From positions 1 to 35,892 of the forward strand of contig JAKZSO010000190.1 of NCBI GenBank assembly GCA_047517625.1: 35,892 bases of DNA, in the 5' to 3' direction. A program made the position numbers and the translations under genes. Source of the stretch: Alphaproteobacteria bacterium. Its GTDB lineage: Bacteria; Pseudomonadota; Alphaproteobacteria; UBA2966; CAIVPW01. The notes under the pieces were generated by a model, which worked only from the letters and a program-made list of their open reading frames with translations, was not told the DNA's origin and ran no database searches. Of the stretch, positions 19,384 through 29,099 are shown one piece after another (position 1 is the stretch's first letter; the number at the start of each line of letters is the position of its first letter).

Positions 19384-19545
19384 TGCAGATCGTGGCATGT
19401 TTCACGCCACGTGAATCTGAACGGGATCATATAAAGTCCAGATCGCGCCGTGTTTTCACGCCACGTGAATCTGAACGGCAGTATATTAAGTGCAGATCGC
19501 GGCGTGTTTCACGCCACGTGAATCTGAACGGCACCGTTAAGAGCC
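19384..19545. repeat. three direct tandem copies (53, 54 and about 53 bp) of a REP-like imperfect palindromic unit filling the fnr / kinase convergent intergenic region
   Basis: Units begin at 19384, 19437 and 19491. The shared core is CAGATCG(T/C)G(G/C)C(A/G)TGTTT(T)CACGCCACGTGAATCTGAACGG, followed by a roughly 12-nt variable tail. The core can fold as GGCGTG-TTT-CACGCC or as TTCACG-CCA-CGTGAA, closed by CAGAT/ATCTG. The tail of unit 3 contains the kinase stop codon. Confidence 0.85.
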
Positions 19546-21690
19546 TTCGATCGCGACCCGATGGGCGGCGGGTTGACTGATGGGCAACCAGCAGGTCACC
19601 CGGGTTCCCGCCCCGCGGACGGAATCCAATTCCACGTGGCCGCCATGCAATTCCACAAAACTTTTCACCAAGGACAGGCCAAGCCCCGCGCCGGACTTGC
19701 GGCGGTCGAGGCTGCGTCTGAATTTTTCGAACACGGCGCGCTGGTCGCCCTGGGCGATGCCTTCACCTGAATCAGCGACCGTCAGCGCAATTTCGTCGCC
19801 TTCGCGCGCCGCCGAAACCGTGACGATGCGGCCCTGGGGCGTAAACGTCATGGAATTGTTCACAAGGTTGAACAGCACCTGTTTGATCCGATTTCCGTCC
19901 GCATCAAAGGTCCCGATCTCATCCGGGCAATCCAGCACCAGCGTCAGCTCCCGTTGTTCCGCCCGGAGGCCAGACAGTTTGACGACAGTGGACAACATGT
20001 CCTTTACATCGATGGTCTCGAACGACAGCCGCTCCAACCGGGCCGACCGGGCGGTGCGATCCAGGGTGCGGTCAATCACCCTGGCTTTCACCGTTGGCCA
20101 GTCATCACCGCCGGAGATTGGAAACAGAGTGCGGCAGCGTTCGGCCAAATCGGCGACATGGGGTTCGGTGGCCAGATACCCGAGATCCAAGTTCCAAATT
20201 TTTGCGTATCCGGAGTTTGAAAGTTGCAGGCGTCCGTCGCTGCCAAACACCGCAACGCCTTCGAACAAATGATCCAACGTCGCCAACTGAACCGCCGCCA
20301 AGGTATTGCGCGAGCGTTCCATCTCCAGCCGGTCCGACACGTCTTCGTAAATGAACAGCAGACCGCCCAATGTGTGGGGCGCGGTCACCACCCGCAACGT
20401 TCTGCCGTCCGGCAAGTGTTGCTGTTCTTCCAAAGGCTCGATCACCGACGTGTACTGTTCCAGCACCTGGGCTTTAAAGGCGGGGAAATCCGCTTGCTCA
20501 GGCAGCCGCCGCGATTCCCGCAAAGTCTCAAGGATTTCACCGTGGCTGGGGTTTTGCTCCAACCAATCTTCGTCCAAGCCCCACAGGCGAAAAAAGGCTT
20601 CATTGAAAAAACTTAGGCGCTTGTCCGGGCCGAAAATGGCGATGGCGGACGGCAGTCGGTCCATGACGCTGGCGTGGGCCTCGGTGTGGCGGTCCAGCTC
20701 GCCAAGAGCGTCTTCGCGGCCGGTGACGTCCCTGGCGATCCCCAAGGTTCCGCCCACGTCCAGCGGCGTTTCGATGATTTCGAACGTGCGGCGTTCACCA
20801 CCAACCGCAAAGCGTTTCTTTTCGCTTTGGACGGCGCCGGTTTTTTGGGCCATGTCGGCCAGGGTCCCGCCGCGATTGGGCTCCGTCCCCGGTAACAGTT
20901 CCACACTGTCGCGAACGGCGGTCGCGGCATCCACTTCGACCGCGGCGCAATACGCCATGTTGACCCAGCTGATACTGAGGTCAGGCCGCCGCCGCCAAGC
21001 GGGGAACGGCACGGTGTCCAAAACCCTTTGGGTCAGTGCCTGTTGCTCCACGGCGCGCGCGGCCTGGTCCATCAACGCCACTGTTTCGGCCCGGACGCCG
21101 CTGATGTCGTGGAACCAAATCAGAAAAGAAATCGGTTCGGCTCCCGTCCCCGTCACCACACGGCCCCTGGCTTGCAACAAGCGGTCCGACCCGGTGGTCA
21201 CCCGCAAATCGAACGGCGTGTTTGCCCGGCGCAAAGCCTGGGCGGCGGCGTCTAGCGCGGCGAAATCTTGGCGGTCAAATTGGTCCGACAAATCAGCAAA
21301 CTGATTGACTCCGACCACCGGTACGCCAAGGATCGCCGCCAGACCGGGGGAGCAAGACTCCAACCTGGAGCCCGCCGAAAATTAGAAATAGCCGTCGGGG
21401 GCGGAGCTGAGGACGGCGGTTGAGCGGGCGAGAACTTCACGATATTCAGCCAGGGCCGCTTGGTCGGTGATCGCCCGGCGCCGGGTGGAAAACCAGACCC
21501 CGCCGGCGACGGCTAACCCTGCCGCCGCGATAACAATGGAAGCCGCCACCGAAAGGCCGGCGACCGCGCCGATGGATGTTTCCTGGGCTTGGGCCTGGCC
21601 CGCTCCCAGGCACAGCCAGGGCAGAACCGATGTCGCGATTTTGTTGCCGGTGGGCTTCAGGCCGAACCGGGAGCCGTTCATCGCCATCAA
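19537..21690 (-). pseudogene. membrane-anchored multi-PAS sensor histidine kinase, split by an in-frame TAA (21382-21384) and apparently lacking a DHp/His-box domain
   Basis: ORF 21382-21690 (signal/TM segment plus the juxtamembrane region) and ORF 19537-21363 are in the same frame, separated only by TAA plus 6 codons. The downstream part has about three PAS-like modules (for example LPSAIAIFGPDKRLSFFNEAF and LFEGVAVFGSDGRLQLSNSGY). It also has an intact HATPase_c domain (N-box KQVLFNLVNNSMTF, G1 DSGEGI, F-box VFEKF, G2 GAGLGLSLV). I see no xxHExRTPL-type H-box. Confidence 0.7.
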
Positions 21691-21736
21691 GTCATCCGCG
21701 AAAATCCATCAACGGCTGATCGTAGCCAAAACCGGC

Positions 21737-23032
21737 CTAGTAGCGATAGGTCTCCGGCTTGAACGGCCCGTCGGTGGTGACGCCGATGTATTCGGCCTGG
21801 GCCGGGGTTAGCTTGGTCAGCTTTACCCCCAGGCGGTCCAAATGCAGCCGCGCGACTTTTTCGTCGAGATTTTTCGGCAGCACGTAGACTTTTTTCTCGT
21901 AATTGCTGGTGTGTTCCCACAATTCGATCTGGGCCATCACCTGGTTGGTGAACGACGCGCTCATGACAAAGCTGGGGTGGCCGGTGGCGTTGCCCAAATT
22001 GACCAAGCGGCCCTTGGACAAAACGATGATGCGCTTGCCGTCGGGGAATTCCACTTCGTCGACCTGGGGTTTGACCTCGTGCCATTTGTAGTTTTCCAAG
22101 GCGGCGATTTGGATTTCTGAATCGAAGTGGCCGATGTTGCAGACGATCGCCCGGTCCTTCATTTCCCGCATGTGTTCCAGAGTGATGATGTCGGCGTTGC
22201 CGGTGGCGGTGACAAACAAGTCGCCGATGGGCGCGGCGTCGTCCATGGTAGTCACCTCGTAGCCTTCCATGGCCGCCTGCAAGGCGCAGATGGGATCGAT
22301 TTCCGTGACCAGCACTCTGGCGCCCTGGCCGCGCAGACTGGCGGCGGAGCCCTTGCCGACATCGCCAAAGCCGCAAACCACGGCGCGCTTGCCCGCCAGC
22401 ATCACGTCGGTGCCGCGCTTGATGCCGTCGATCAGGCTTTCGCGCACCCCGTACAAATTGTCGAATTTGGATTTGGTTACCGAGTCGTTGACGTTCATTG
22501 CCGGTACCGCCAACTCCCCCGCCTCCTGCATCTGGTGCAGGCGCAAAACGCCTGTCGTGGTTTCTTCGCTGAGGCCCTTGATGCCTTCCAGCACGTCCCG
22601 ATGATCCCGGTGCAACACCAAAGTCAAATCGCCGCCATCATCCACCACCATGTTGGGACGCCAATCGTCGCGGCCATCGATGGTCTGGTCGATACACCAC
22701 CAGAATTCTTCCTCGGTTTCGCCCTTCCAGGCAAACACCGGGATACCCGCCGCCGCGATGGCCGCCGCCGCATGGTCCTGGGTCGAAAAGATGTTGCACG
22801 AGCTCCAACGAATTTCCGCGCCCAGGGCCGCCAAAGTTTCGATCAAAACCGCCGTTTGCACCGTCATGTGCAGGCACCCTGTGATGCGGGCGCCAGCCAA
22901 CGGCTTGGAATCCCCAAATTCCGTGCGCAATGCCATCAAACCAGGCATTTCGGTCTCGGCGATGGCGATTTCCTTGCGTCCCCAATCGCTAAGGGAGATA
23001 TCGGCGACTTTGTAGTCCGTAAACACGGTCAT
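21737..23032 (-). CDS. ahcY: adenosylhomocysteinase
   Basis: [36 protein letters not shown], the NAD fold [12 protein letters not shown], and GHFDSEI. It is 431 aa from ATG 23032, with an AGGAA RBS upstream. Confidence 0.95.
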   Translation of the reverse strand: MTVFTDYKVADISLSDWGRKEIAIAETEMPGLMALRTEFGDSKPLAGARITGCLHMTVQTAVLIETLAALGAEIRWSSCNIFSTQDHAAAAIAAAGIPVFAWKGETEEEFWWCIDQTIDGRDDWRPNMVVDDGGDLTLVLHRDHRDVLEGIKGLSEETTTGVLRLHQMQEAGELAVPAMNVNDSVTKSKFDNLYGVRESLIDGIKRGTDVMLAGKRAVVCGFGDVGKGSAASLRGQGARVLVTEIDPICALQAAMEGYEVTTMDDAAPIGDLFVTATGNADIITLEHMREMKDRAIVCNIGHFDSEIQIAALENYKWHEVKPQVDEVEFPDGKRIIVLSKGRLVNLGNATGHPSFVMSASFTNQVMAQIELWEHTSNYEKKVYVLPKNLDEKVARLHLDRLGVKLTKLTPAQAEYIGVTTDGPFKPETYRY

Positions 23033-23128
23033 TGTGTTCCTATTGGCTCGGTTGAATCGAGGGCAAGCAGGCGAATAATGCGCCCAAACCCTTACCAACC
23101 CATAAACATAAACAAATCTTTATGTATA

Positions 23129-23158
23129 TATATAGGCTTAAAAACCTGACAGGGTCAA
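23129..23158 (-). promoter_or_regulatory. putative sigma70-type promoter for ahcY (TTGACC, 17-18 nt spacer, TATATA)
   Basis: Minus-strand reading gives TTGACC (23158-23153), then a 17-18 nt spacer, then CTATAT/TATATA (about 23135-23129). It sits in the only strongly AT-rich patch of the window, about 90 nt upstream of the ahcY ATG. This is a motif-only prediction. Confidence 0.3.
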
Positions 23159-23162
23159 GGGT

Positions 23163-24086
23163 TCAGGATTCCCTGGCGGTGACGACCAAAGGGTCGGCGC
23201 TGGCGGGCAGGCCCAATTCCCGGTGGCGAACAAAAACCCGGAGGCCCTGGTCCCGCAGATGATCGGCTAGGCGCTGAGCGGTGAACACCGACCGGTGGCG
23301 GCCGCCAGTGCAGCCGATGGCGATGGTCAGATAGCTTTTTCCCTCTTGGTGGTACCGAGGCATCAGGCCGTCCAATAATTCGGCCAGGGTGCCGAAAAAC
23401 TTGGGGAACGCCGGATCTTTGGCGATGTAGTCGGCCACCGCCTGGTCCAGGCCGGTGCCGGGCCGCAGGGCTTCCACATAATGGGGGTTTTCCAAGAACC
23501 GCACATCAAAAACAAAGTCGGCTTCCCGGGGCAGCCCCCGGCCATAGGCGAACGAGACAACGGACACCGTCAGTTGATGACCGGCTTCAGGGGCAAATCT
23601 GCGTTCCAGAAGCGCCCGCAGATCGGCCAGGGTCAATTCGGTGGTGTCGATCACCAAATCGGCGGCTTCCCGCACCGCAGCCATCAAATCGCGTTCCTGC
23701 TGGATGCCATCCATCACCGGGCGATCAGCCGCCAGGGGATGTTTGCGGCGGGTTTGGGTGAATCGCTGGCCCAGCACCGTTGAATCACAGTCCAGGAAGA
23801 CCACGGACACATCAACGTCTTGGGCGGCCCGCAACGGCGCAAATTCACGGGGAAAGGTGTCGGCATGAAAGTCTCTGGTGCGGATATCCAGCCCAACAGC
23901 GAAAGACTCCGACGGCGGCGCACCGCCTTCGCGCCACAACAGCCGCCCCAATAACGATACCGGCAGGTTGTCGATGGCTTCGAACCCTGCGTCTTCCAAA
24001 AAATTCAGGGCGCTGCTTTTTCCCGCCCCGGACATGCCGGTAACGATGACCACCCGGGCTTTATTGTCACCGTGCGAGCCCGCCAT
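23163..24086 (-). CDS. rapZ: RNase adapter / nucleotide-binding protein RapZ (YhbJ family)
   Basis: VVIVTGMSGAGKSSALNFLED.GFEAIDNLP N-terminus and the C-terminal IAIGCTGGRHRSV motif. I chose ATG 24086, 8 nt after the chvG stop. The track ORF start at 24236 overlaps chvG. Confidence 0.85.
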   Translation of the reverse strand: MAGSHGDNKARVVIVTGMSGAGKSSALNFLEDAGFEAIDNLPVSLLGRLLWREGGAPPSESFAVGLDIRTRDFHADTFPREFAPLRAAQDVDVSVVFLDCDSTVLGQRFTQTRRKHPLAADRPVMDGIQQERDLMAAVREAADLVIDTTELTLADLRALLERRFAPEAGHQLTVSVVSFAYGRGLPREADFVFDVRFLENPHYVEALRPGTGLDQAVADYIAKDPAFPKFFGTLAELLDGLMPRYHQEGKSYLTIAIGCTGGRHRSVFTAQRLADHLRDQGLRVFVRHRELGLPASADPLVVTARES

Positions 24087-24093
24087 GGCCGCG

Positions 24094-25785
24094 CTATTCC
24101 GCGGGCAGGGTGACGATGAACCGCGCGCCTTCGACGGCACCGTCAGCCCCGTGGCGGTTTTCCACCCGGATCGTGCCGCCGTGCGCTTCGATGATTTGGC
24201 GGGAGATGGCAAGCCCAAGCCCGGAATGGCGGCCAAACGCCTCGCCGGCCGGCCGTTCGGAATAAAACCGGTCGAACACCGCCTCGCGTTTGTCCTCGGG
24301 TACGCCCGGACCTTGGTCCTCGAACACCACTTCGGCCTGGCTGCCCACCCGGGCCATGGAAATTTTGATGTGGCCGCCGACGGGACTGAACGAAACTGCG
24401 TTGGCGATCAAGTTGCGCATTACTTGACCGATGCGATCTTCGATCCCGGAAATCGACACCCTCTCCGGCGCCGAGAACTCGAAACGCATTTTCGGCCCGG
24501 ATGTCGTGCGGTGGATTTCGATCAAGGTTTCCAACAGTGCCGCCAGGTCCACCGGGGCGGCCTCGGCCCTGGCCAATTCGGCGCCCAAGCGCGACGCATC
24601 TGAAATGTCGCTGATCAAGCGATCCAGCCTGCGCACATCATCGACGATGATGGCGATCAGTTTCGCTTCTTGATCCGAGTCGGTGGCGTTTTCAATCCCT
24701 TCCACGGCGCTGCGGATGCTCGACAATGGATTCTTGATTTCGTGGGCGACATCGGCGGCAAAGGCCTCGATCGCGTCAAGGCGGTCGTACAACGCGTCGG
24801 TCATGTCCCGCAGCGCCCCGGACAAATCGCCGATTTCGTCGTGGCGTCCGGTGAAGTCAGGAATGGTGTTGCGCCTGCTTGTTCGCAGCCCCGCGCCATG
24901 GGCGGCGATGGCCAATTTGCGTACAGGCCGGGCAATGGTACCGGACAGGTAAATCGAAAGCAGGATGGTCACCAGCAGCGCGAAGCCGAACACCTGAAGG
25001 ATCGCGATCCGGACTTCACGCACTCGGATTTCGATGTCGGCGGCTCCGGCGGACAGCATCAACGCCCCCAGAACCAGCTTAAACCGCTGAACCGGCAGGG
25101 CGACACTGACGATCATTTCGCCATCGGACATCTGCCGCAAACCGGTGCCTACCTCGCCGGTCAGGGCGATCATGACTTCGCCATAATCCCCGGCGGATTG
25201 GGCGCCGGATTCTTTGTAGGGCGGCAATCGCGGCTGGTTCAATGACAGCCGCAAGAGCCAATCAAAGCCTCGGGAGATGCGCCGCCCCAGCCCGTCTTCG
25301 GCCCCTGGGGGCAACAGATCCCGAGCCTCGACCTCCAGGGCCGCCGGACCCAAGTGGCGGCTGTCCGCGATCAGCCGCCCGGTCACATCGAACAGCCGGG
25401 CACGGTTTTCCGAGGTCACCGCCAGCCGCAGTACCAGTCCGCGGGCAATCTCTACATCAAACTGCCCGGCCTCCGGGGGGGCCGCCGATTGCCCCAAAGC
25501 ACCGGCAATGATCGCGGCTTGAGTAATCAAGCCTTCGATCTTGGCCTCGACCAGCCCGTCCCGGTATTGGCCCAAGAATAAGGCGCCACCCAGCAAGATG
25601 CCCAACGCCGGGATGTTCAAAAGCAGGATGCGGATGGTCAGTGGGGACAGCAGCCGTTTTGGCCGTGGCCGGGCGCCGGGTCCGTGCTGGTCAGCCCGGG
25701 CGGGCGCCAACATTGTTTCACCGTGGGTTTCGCTGACCATCAGAAGCCCGATCGCCATGGCGCGAGGGGCGCGCAAGCCGAGCAA
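24094..25785 (-). CDS. chvG: ChvG/ExoS/BvrS-type sensor histidine kinase
   Basis: The ChvG-like N-terminus SPLTIRILLLNIPALGILLGGALFLGQYRDGLVEAKIEGLITQAAIIA, a second TM plus HAMP, the H-box FAADVAHEIKNPLSSI, and a full HATPase_c domain (NLIANAVSFSP, DQGPGV, GLGLAISRQI). The start is ambiguous (25785 or ATG 25758). Confidence 0.8.
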   Translation of the reverse strand: MLGLRAPRAMAIGLLMVSETHGETMLAPARADQHGPGARPRPKRLLSPLTIRILLLNIPALGILLGGALFLGQYRDGLVEAKIEGLITQAAIIAGALGQSAAPPEAGQFDVEIARGLVLRLAVTSENRARLFDVTGRLIADSRHLGPAALEVEARDLLPPGAEDGLGRRISRGFDWLLRLSLNQPRLPPYKESGAQSAGDYGEVMIALTGEVGTGLRQMSDGEMIVSVALPVQRFKLVLGALMLSAGAADIEIRVREVRIAILQVFGFALLVTILLSIYLSGTIARPVRKLAIAAHGAGLRTSRRNTIPDFTGRHDEIGDLSGALRDMTDALYDRLDAIEAFAADVAHEIKNPLSSIRSAVEGIENATDSDQEAKLIAIIVDDVRRLDRLISDISDASRLGAELARAEAAPVDLAALLETLIEIHRTTSGPKMRFEFSAPERVSISGIEDRIGQVMRNLIANAVSFSPVGGHIKISMARVGSQAEVVFEDQGPGVPEDKREAVFDRFYSERPAGEAFGRHSGLGLAISRQIIEAHGGTIRVENRHGADGAVEGARFIVTLPAE

Positions 25786-25833
25786 CCGGCGCGGGGCGCG
25801 TCAGTCAGGCAACTGGTGCCAGGGGCGCGGGAC

Positions 25834-26529
25834 TCATCCGGTCTCGTTGTACCGGTAACCGACGCCGTACAGCGTTTCAATGCTGGCAAAATCCCCATCC
25901 ACGTCGCGGAATTTCTTGCGCAATCGTTTGATATGGCTGTCGATTGTGCGGTCATCCACATAGACGTTGTCATCGTAAGCCACATCCATCAACTGGTCGC
26001 GGCTCTTTACCAGCCCTGGGCGGGCGGCCAAGGCCTTCAGGATCAAGAATTCGGTGACGGTCAGCGCCACTTCTTCGCCGCCCCACGTACATTGGTGGCG
26101 GCCGGGGTCGAGCACCAGACCCCCGCGCACCATTGGTTTTTCGCTTGACCCGTCAGCGCCATCACCGCCGGCCCGGCGCAGCACCGCCCGGATTCGTTCA
26201 ATCAACAACCGCTGGGAAAAAGGTTTGCGGACATAATCGTCAGCACCCATTTTGAGCCCCAGGGCTTCGTCCACGTCATCGTCTTTCGATGTCAGAAAGA
26301 TCGCCGGAATGTCTGACGAACGCCGCAATCGCGACAGCAATTCCATGCCATCCAGCCGCGGCATTTTGATATCCAGCACCACCAGGTCCGCGGGGCTCTG
26401 GGACAGGCCTTTCAATGCCTCCGCGCCATCCACATATGACCGCACAATGAAGCCTTCGGCCTCCAAAGCCATGGACACGGACGTCAGGATATTTCGGTCG
26501 TCGTCTACCAGCGCGATCGTTGCCGCCAC
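25834..26529 (-). CDS. chvI: ChvI/BvrR-type OmpR-family response regulator
   Basis: From GTG 26529: [27 protein letters not shown]..., [18 protein letters not shown], and the C-terminal winged-helix [12 protein letters not shown]...[14 protein letters not shown]. The track ORF extension to 26760 has no receiver-like sequence. Confidence 0.85.
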   Translation of the reverse strand: MAATIALVDDDRNILTSVSMALEAEGFIVRSYVDGAEALKGLSQSPADLVVLDIKMPRLDGMELLSRLRRSSDIPAIFLTSKDDDVDEALGLKMGADDYVRKPFSQRLLIERIRAVLRRAGGDGADGSSEKPMVRGGLVLDPGRHQCTWGGEEVALTVTEFLILKALAARPGLVKSRDQLMDVAYDDNVYVDDRTIDSHIKRLRKKFRDVDGDFASIETLYGVGYRYNETG

Positions 26530-26683
26530 GTCAAACCCTTCGTACAAGGGAACCTCCCAGGACAAATTAAAGTATACATGGGGCTCCCAAGGCGAACCAT
26601 GGGACCAACGGGAACAACTTTTCAAAGAATTGCGGCCTTTCAAGGGCAGGTTTTCGGCGAAACGACAGGTCGATTGGAGAACA

Positions 26684-27406
26684 ATGTCAGGGGATACGGA
26701 GTTGAGCCAACGCCCAGCGGATGGCGCCCGCCGCCTAATCCGGGCCTTGGACACCTCCACACTGGCGACCAGCTTGGCGGGCGGTGGCGGCTGGCCCTAT
26801 GCTTCCCTGGTGCTGGTAGCCTGCGATTTCGACGCCAGTCCCCTCCTGCTGATTTCCCAGTTGGCCGAGCACACCAAGAACCTCGCCGCGGATGACCGGG
26901 TTTCGCTGCTGTACGACGGCACTGGCACTGGCCCCGAGCGCTTGACTGGTCACCGGGTTTCGGTCCTTGGCCGGGCCGTTCCCATTGACGACGACCAAGC
27001 CAAATCCCGGTATCTGGCCCGCCACCCATCGGCCGAAGGATATGCGGGGTTTGCCGATTTTGGCTTTTACCGGATCCAAATCACAAGGGCCCATTTGGTG
27101 GCCGGATTTGGACGCATCGACTGGATCGACGGCCGCGATCTGCTGTTTCCAACGGATTCCGCCGGGTTTTCGGCGGATTCCGAGGCGGACTTGGTCACCA
27201 ATTTGAACGAAAATCACCCACAAACCGTGCGGTTTTTGGCTGAAAACCAAGGACTTGACGGGGATGGTTGGAGAATGACAGGTTGTGACCCTGAGGGATG
27301 TGATCTGCGCCGCGAAGGGGAGGTGGCAAGGATCGGCTTTCCCGCCCCCGTGAATAGGCTAAACCAGGCGCGTGCGGCGATTAGCCGAATGGGCGAACGG
27401 GGATAA
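26684..27406 (+). CDS. HugZ-like / pyridoxamine 5'-phosphate oxidase-related FMN-binding protein with a DUF2470-like C-terminus
   Basis: From ATG 26684: [16 protein letters not shown]...[36 protein letters not shown], and [11 protein letters not shown] recognise the family by general sequence character only. Confidence 0.55.
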   Translation: MSGDTELSQRPADGARRLIRALDTSTLATSLAGGGGWPYASLVLVACDFDASPLLLISQLAEHTKNLAADDRVSLLYDGTGTGPERLTGHRVSVLGRAVPIDDDQAKSRYLARHPSAEGYAGFADFGFYRIQITRAHLVAGFGRIDWIDGRDLLFPTDSAGFSADSEADLVTNLNENHPQTVRFLAENQGLDGDGWRMTGCDPEGCDLRREGEVARIGFPAPVNRLNQARAAISRMGERG

Positions 27407-27494
27407 CGGTTGAACATCAGCGATTTTTTCGCGGCACCAAGCGGCGATGGGTGGTTTTGGAATTTTTTTGAATCGGAACGAGGGAGAGATCTAA

Positions 27495-29099
27495 GTGAAC
27501 GAGCTCGGAACGCATATTTCATCGAACGGACTATCTGACATTGGCTTGAGCCCCACCAAGAACGTGCATTGGAATTTGTCGGTGCCGGGCCTGTACCAGG
27601 AGGCCATCGAACGACGCGAAGGAGTCCTAGGGATAGGCGGGGCCTTTTTGACAGACACCGGCCACCACACCGGCCGGTCGCCTAACGACAAATTTGTCGT
27701 CAAGGAGGGATCATCGGAAGCCAATATCTGGTGGGGCAAGGTCAACAAGCCGATGGAAGAATCGGTATACAACGCCCTGCGCGAAAAGGTCATCAACCAC
27801 CTGAACGGTCGCGAGCTGTTCGTCAAAGACTGTTGGGCCGGGGCCGATGGCAATTACCGCTTGGCCGTTCGGGTCATCAACGAACACGCTTGGCACAACC
27901 TGTTCGCGGGAAATATGTTCATCGAAGCCGATCCCAGCGATTTGGCCGGCTTCAAGCCCGAATTTACCGTCATCCACGCCCCGGATTACGAAGCCGACCC
28001 CGAAGTCGACGGAACGAATTCCACCACCTTTATCTTGGTGAATTTCGGCGCCCGTGAAGTGCTGATCGGGGGCACCCAATACGCCGGCGAGATCAAAAAG
28101 TCGGTGTTCAGTGTGATGAATTACATTCTGCCGGACCGTGGCGTCATGCCGATGCATTCCTCCATCAACGTCGGTAAGGATGGCGCCAGCGCGATCTTTT
28201 TCGGCCTGTCCGGCACCGGCAAGACCACCTTGTCCGCCGATCCCGACCGTACCCTGGTCGGCGACGACGAGCACGGCTGGTCAGACGACGGCGTGTTTAA
28301 TTTCGAAGGCGGCTGCTACGCCAAGGTGATCAAGCTTTCGGCCGAAGCAGAGCCGGAAATCTACGCCACCACCAGTATGTTCGGGACGATCCTGGAAAAC
28401 GTGGTGTTCGACGAAAACACCCGGGTTTTGGACCTCGATGACAAAACCAAGACCGAGAACACCCGGGCGTCATACCCCTTGGCAGCGATCCCCAATGCCT
28501 CGACCACGGGCGTCGCGGGTCAGCCGAAGAACGTGGTGATGCTGACCGCCGACGCGTTTGGCGCGCTGCCACCGATCGCCAAACTCACTCCCGCCCAGGC
28601 CATGTACCATTTCTTGTCGGGCTACACCGCCCGAGTGGCGGGTACCGAGCGCGGCGTCATTGAGCCAGAAGCGACGTTTTCCACGTGCTTTGGCGCACCA
28701 TTCATGCCCCGGCACCCGTCCGTTTACGCCAACTTGCTGGGCAAGCTGCTGGAAGACCACAACTGCACATGCTGGTTGGTAAACACCGGCTGGACCGGCG
28801 GCCCTTATGGCACCGGCGAGCGCATGCCGATCAAGCACACCCGGGCGTTGTTGGGCGCGGCCTTGGACGGCGATTTGGCCAACACACCGACGTTCGTGGA
28901 TCCGGCCTTTGGCTTGAATGTGCCGGAATCGTGCGAAGGCGTACCGGCGGAAATCCTGAACCCCCGCGATACCTGGGCGGACAAGGATGCCTATGACGCC
29001 ACCGCCAAAAAACTGGTGGATATGTTCGTGGCAAATTTTGCTCAGTTCGAAGAGCACGTGACGCCCGAAGTCATCGCCGCGGCGCCCAAGACCGCCTAG
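27495..29099 (+). CDS. pckA: phosphoenolpyruvate carboxykinase (ATP)
   Basis: [12 protein letters not shown], the kinase-1a motif [19 protein letters not shown] and [10 protein letters not shown]. It is 534 aa with a GTG start preceded by GAGGGAGAG. Confidence 0.95.
   Translation: MNELGTHISSNGLSDIGLSPTKNVHWNLSVPGLYQEAIERREGVLGIGGAFLTDTGHHTGRSPNDKFVVKEGSSEANIWWGKVNKPMEESVYNALREKVINHLNGRELFVKDCWAGADGNYRLAVRVINEHAWHNLFAGNMFIEADPSDLAGFKPEFTVIHAPDYEADPEVDGTNSTTFILVNFGAREVLIGGTQYAGEIKKSVFSVMNYILPDRGVMPMHSSINVGKDGASAIFFGLSGTGKTTLSADPDRTLVGDDEHGWSDDGVFNFEGGCYAKVIKLSAEAEPEIYATTSMFGTILENVVFDENTRVLDLDDKTKTENTRASYPLAAIPNASTTGVAGQPKNVVMLTADAFGALPPIAKLTPAQAMYHFLSGYTARVAGTERGVIEPEATFSTCFGAPFMPRHPSVYANLLGKLLEDHNCTCWLVNTGWTGGPYGTGERMPIKHTRALLGAALDGDLANTPTFVDPAFGLNVPESCEGVPAEILNPRDTWADKDAYDATAKKLVDMFVANFAQFEEHVTPEVIAAAPKTA

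Noticed and set aside
19384-19545. Could the three regularly spaced repeats be a mini CRISPR array?
   Set aside because: The conserved part is about 40 nt but the variable 'spacers' are only about 12 nt, and those are still partly similar to each other. There are only three units, no leader and no cas genes anywhere in the window. A REP-like tandem repeat fits better.
19383-19580. Track ORF encoding a repetitive peptide (FTPRESER... twice)
   Set aside because: Its internal repetition is simply the translation of the tandem DNA repeat. It overlaps the 3' end of the kinase gene and has no RBS or coding-like composition.
23033-23125. SAH riboswitch in the ahcY leader
   Set aside because: I could not find the conserved SAH-riboswitch pseudoknot and stem elements by eye. 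Only a weak 4-bp hairpin (CTCG...CGAG) is present. It needs a covariance-model scan, so it is not claimed.
22127-23149. 340-aa + strand ORF antisense to ahcY
   Set aside because: It is the antisense shadow ORF of a highly conserved gene, with no recognisable domains. The same reasoning applies to 6373-7524 (antisense to trpB), 32801-33970 (antisense to polA) and 2201-3100 (antisense to rpsA).
26530-26760. N-terminal extensions of track ORFs: chvI to 26760, trpB from 6208, rapZ to 24236, tsaE to 18537, fnr from 18029, HugZ-like from 26252, addB to 17743, ihfB from 4915
   Set aside because: The extensions overlap neighbouring genes or have non-protein-like composition. Conserved family N-termini begin at the internal starts listed in the features.
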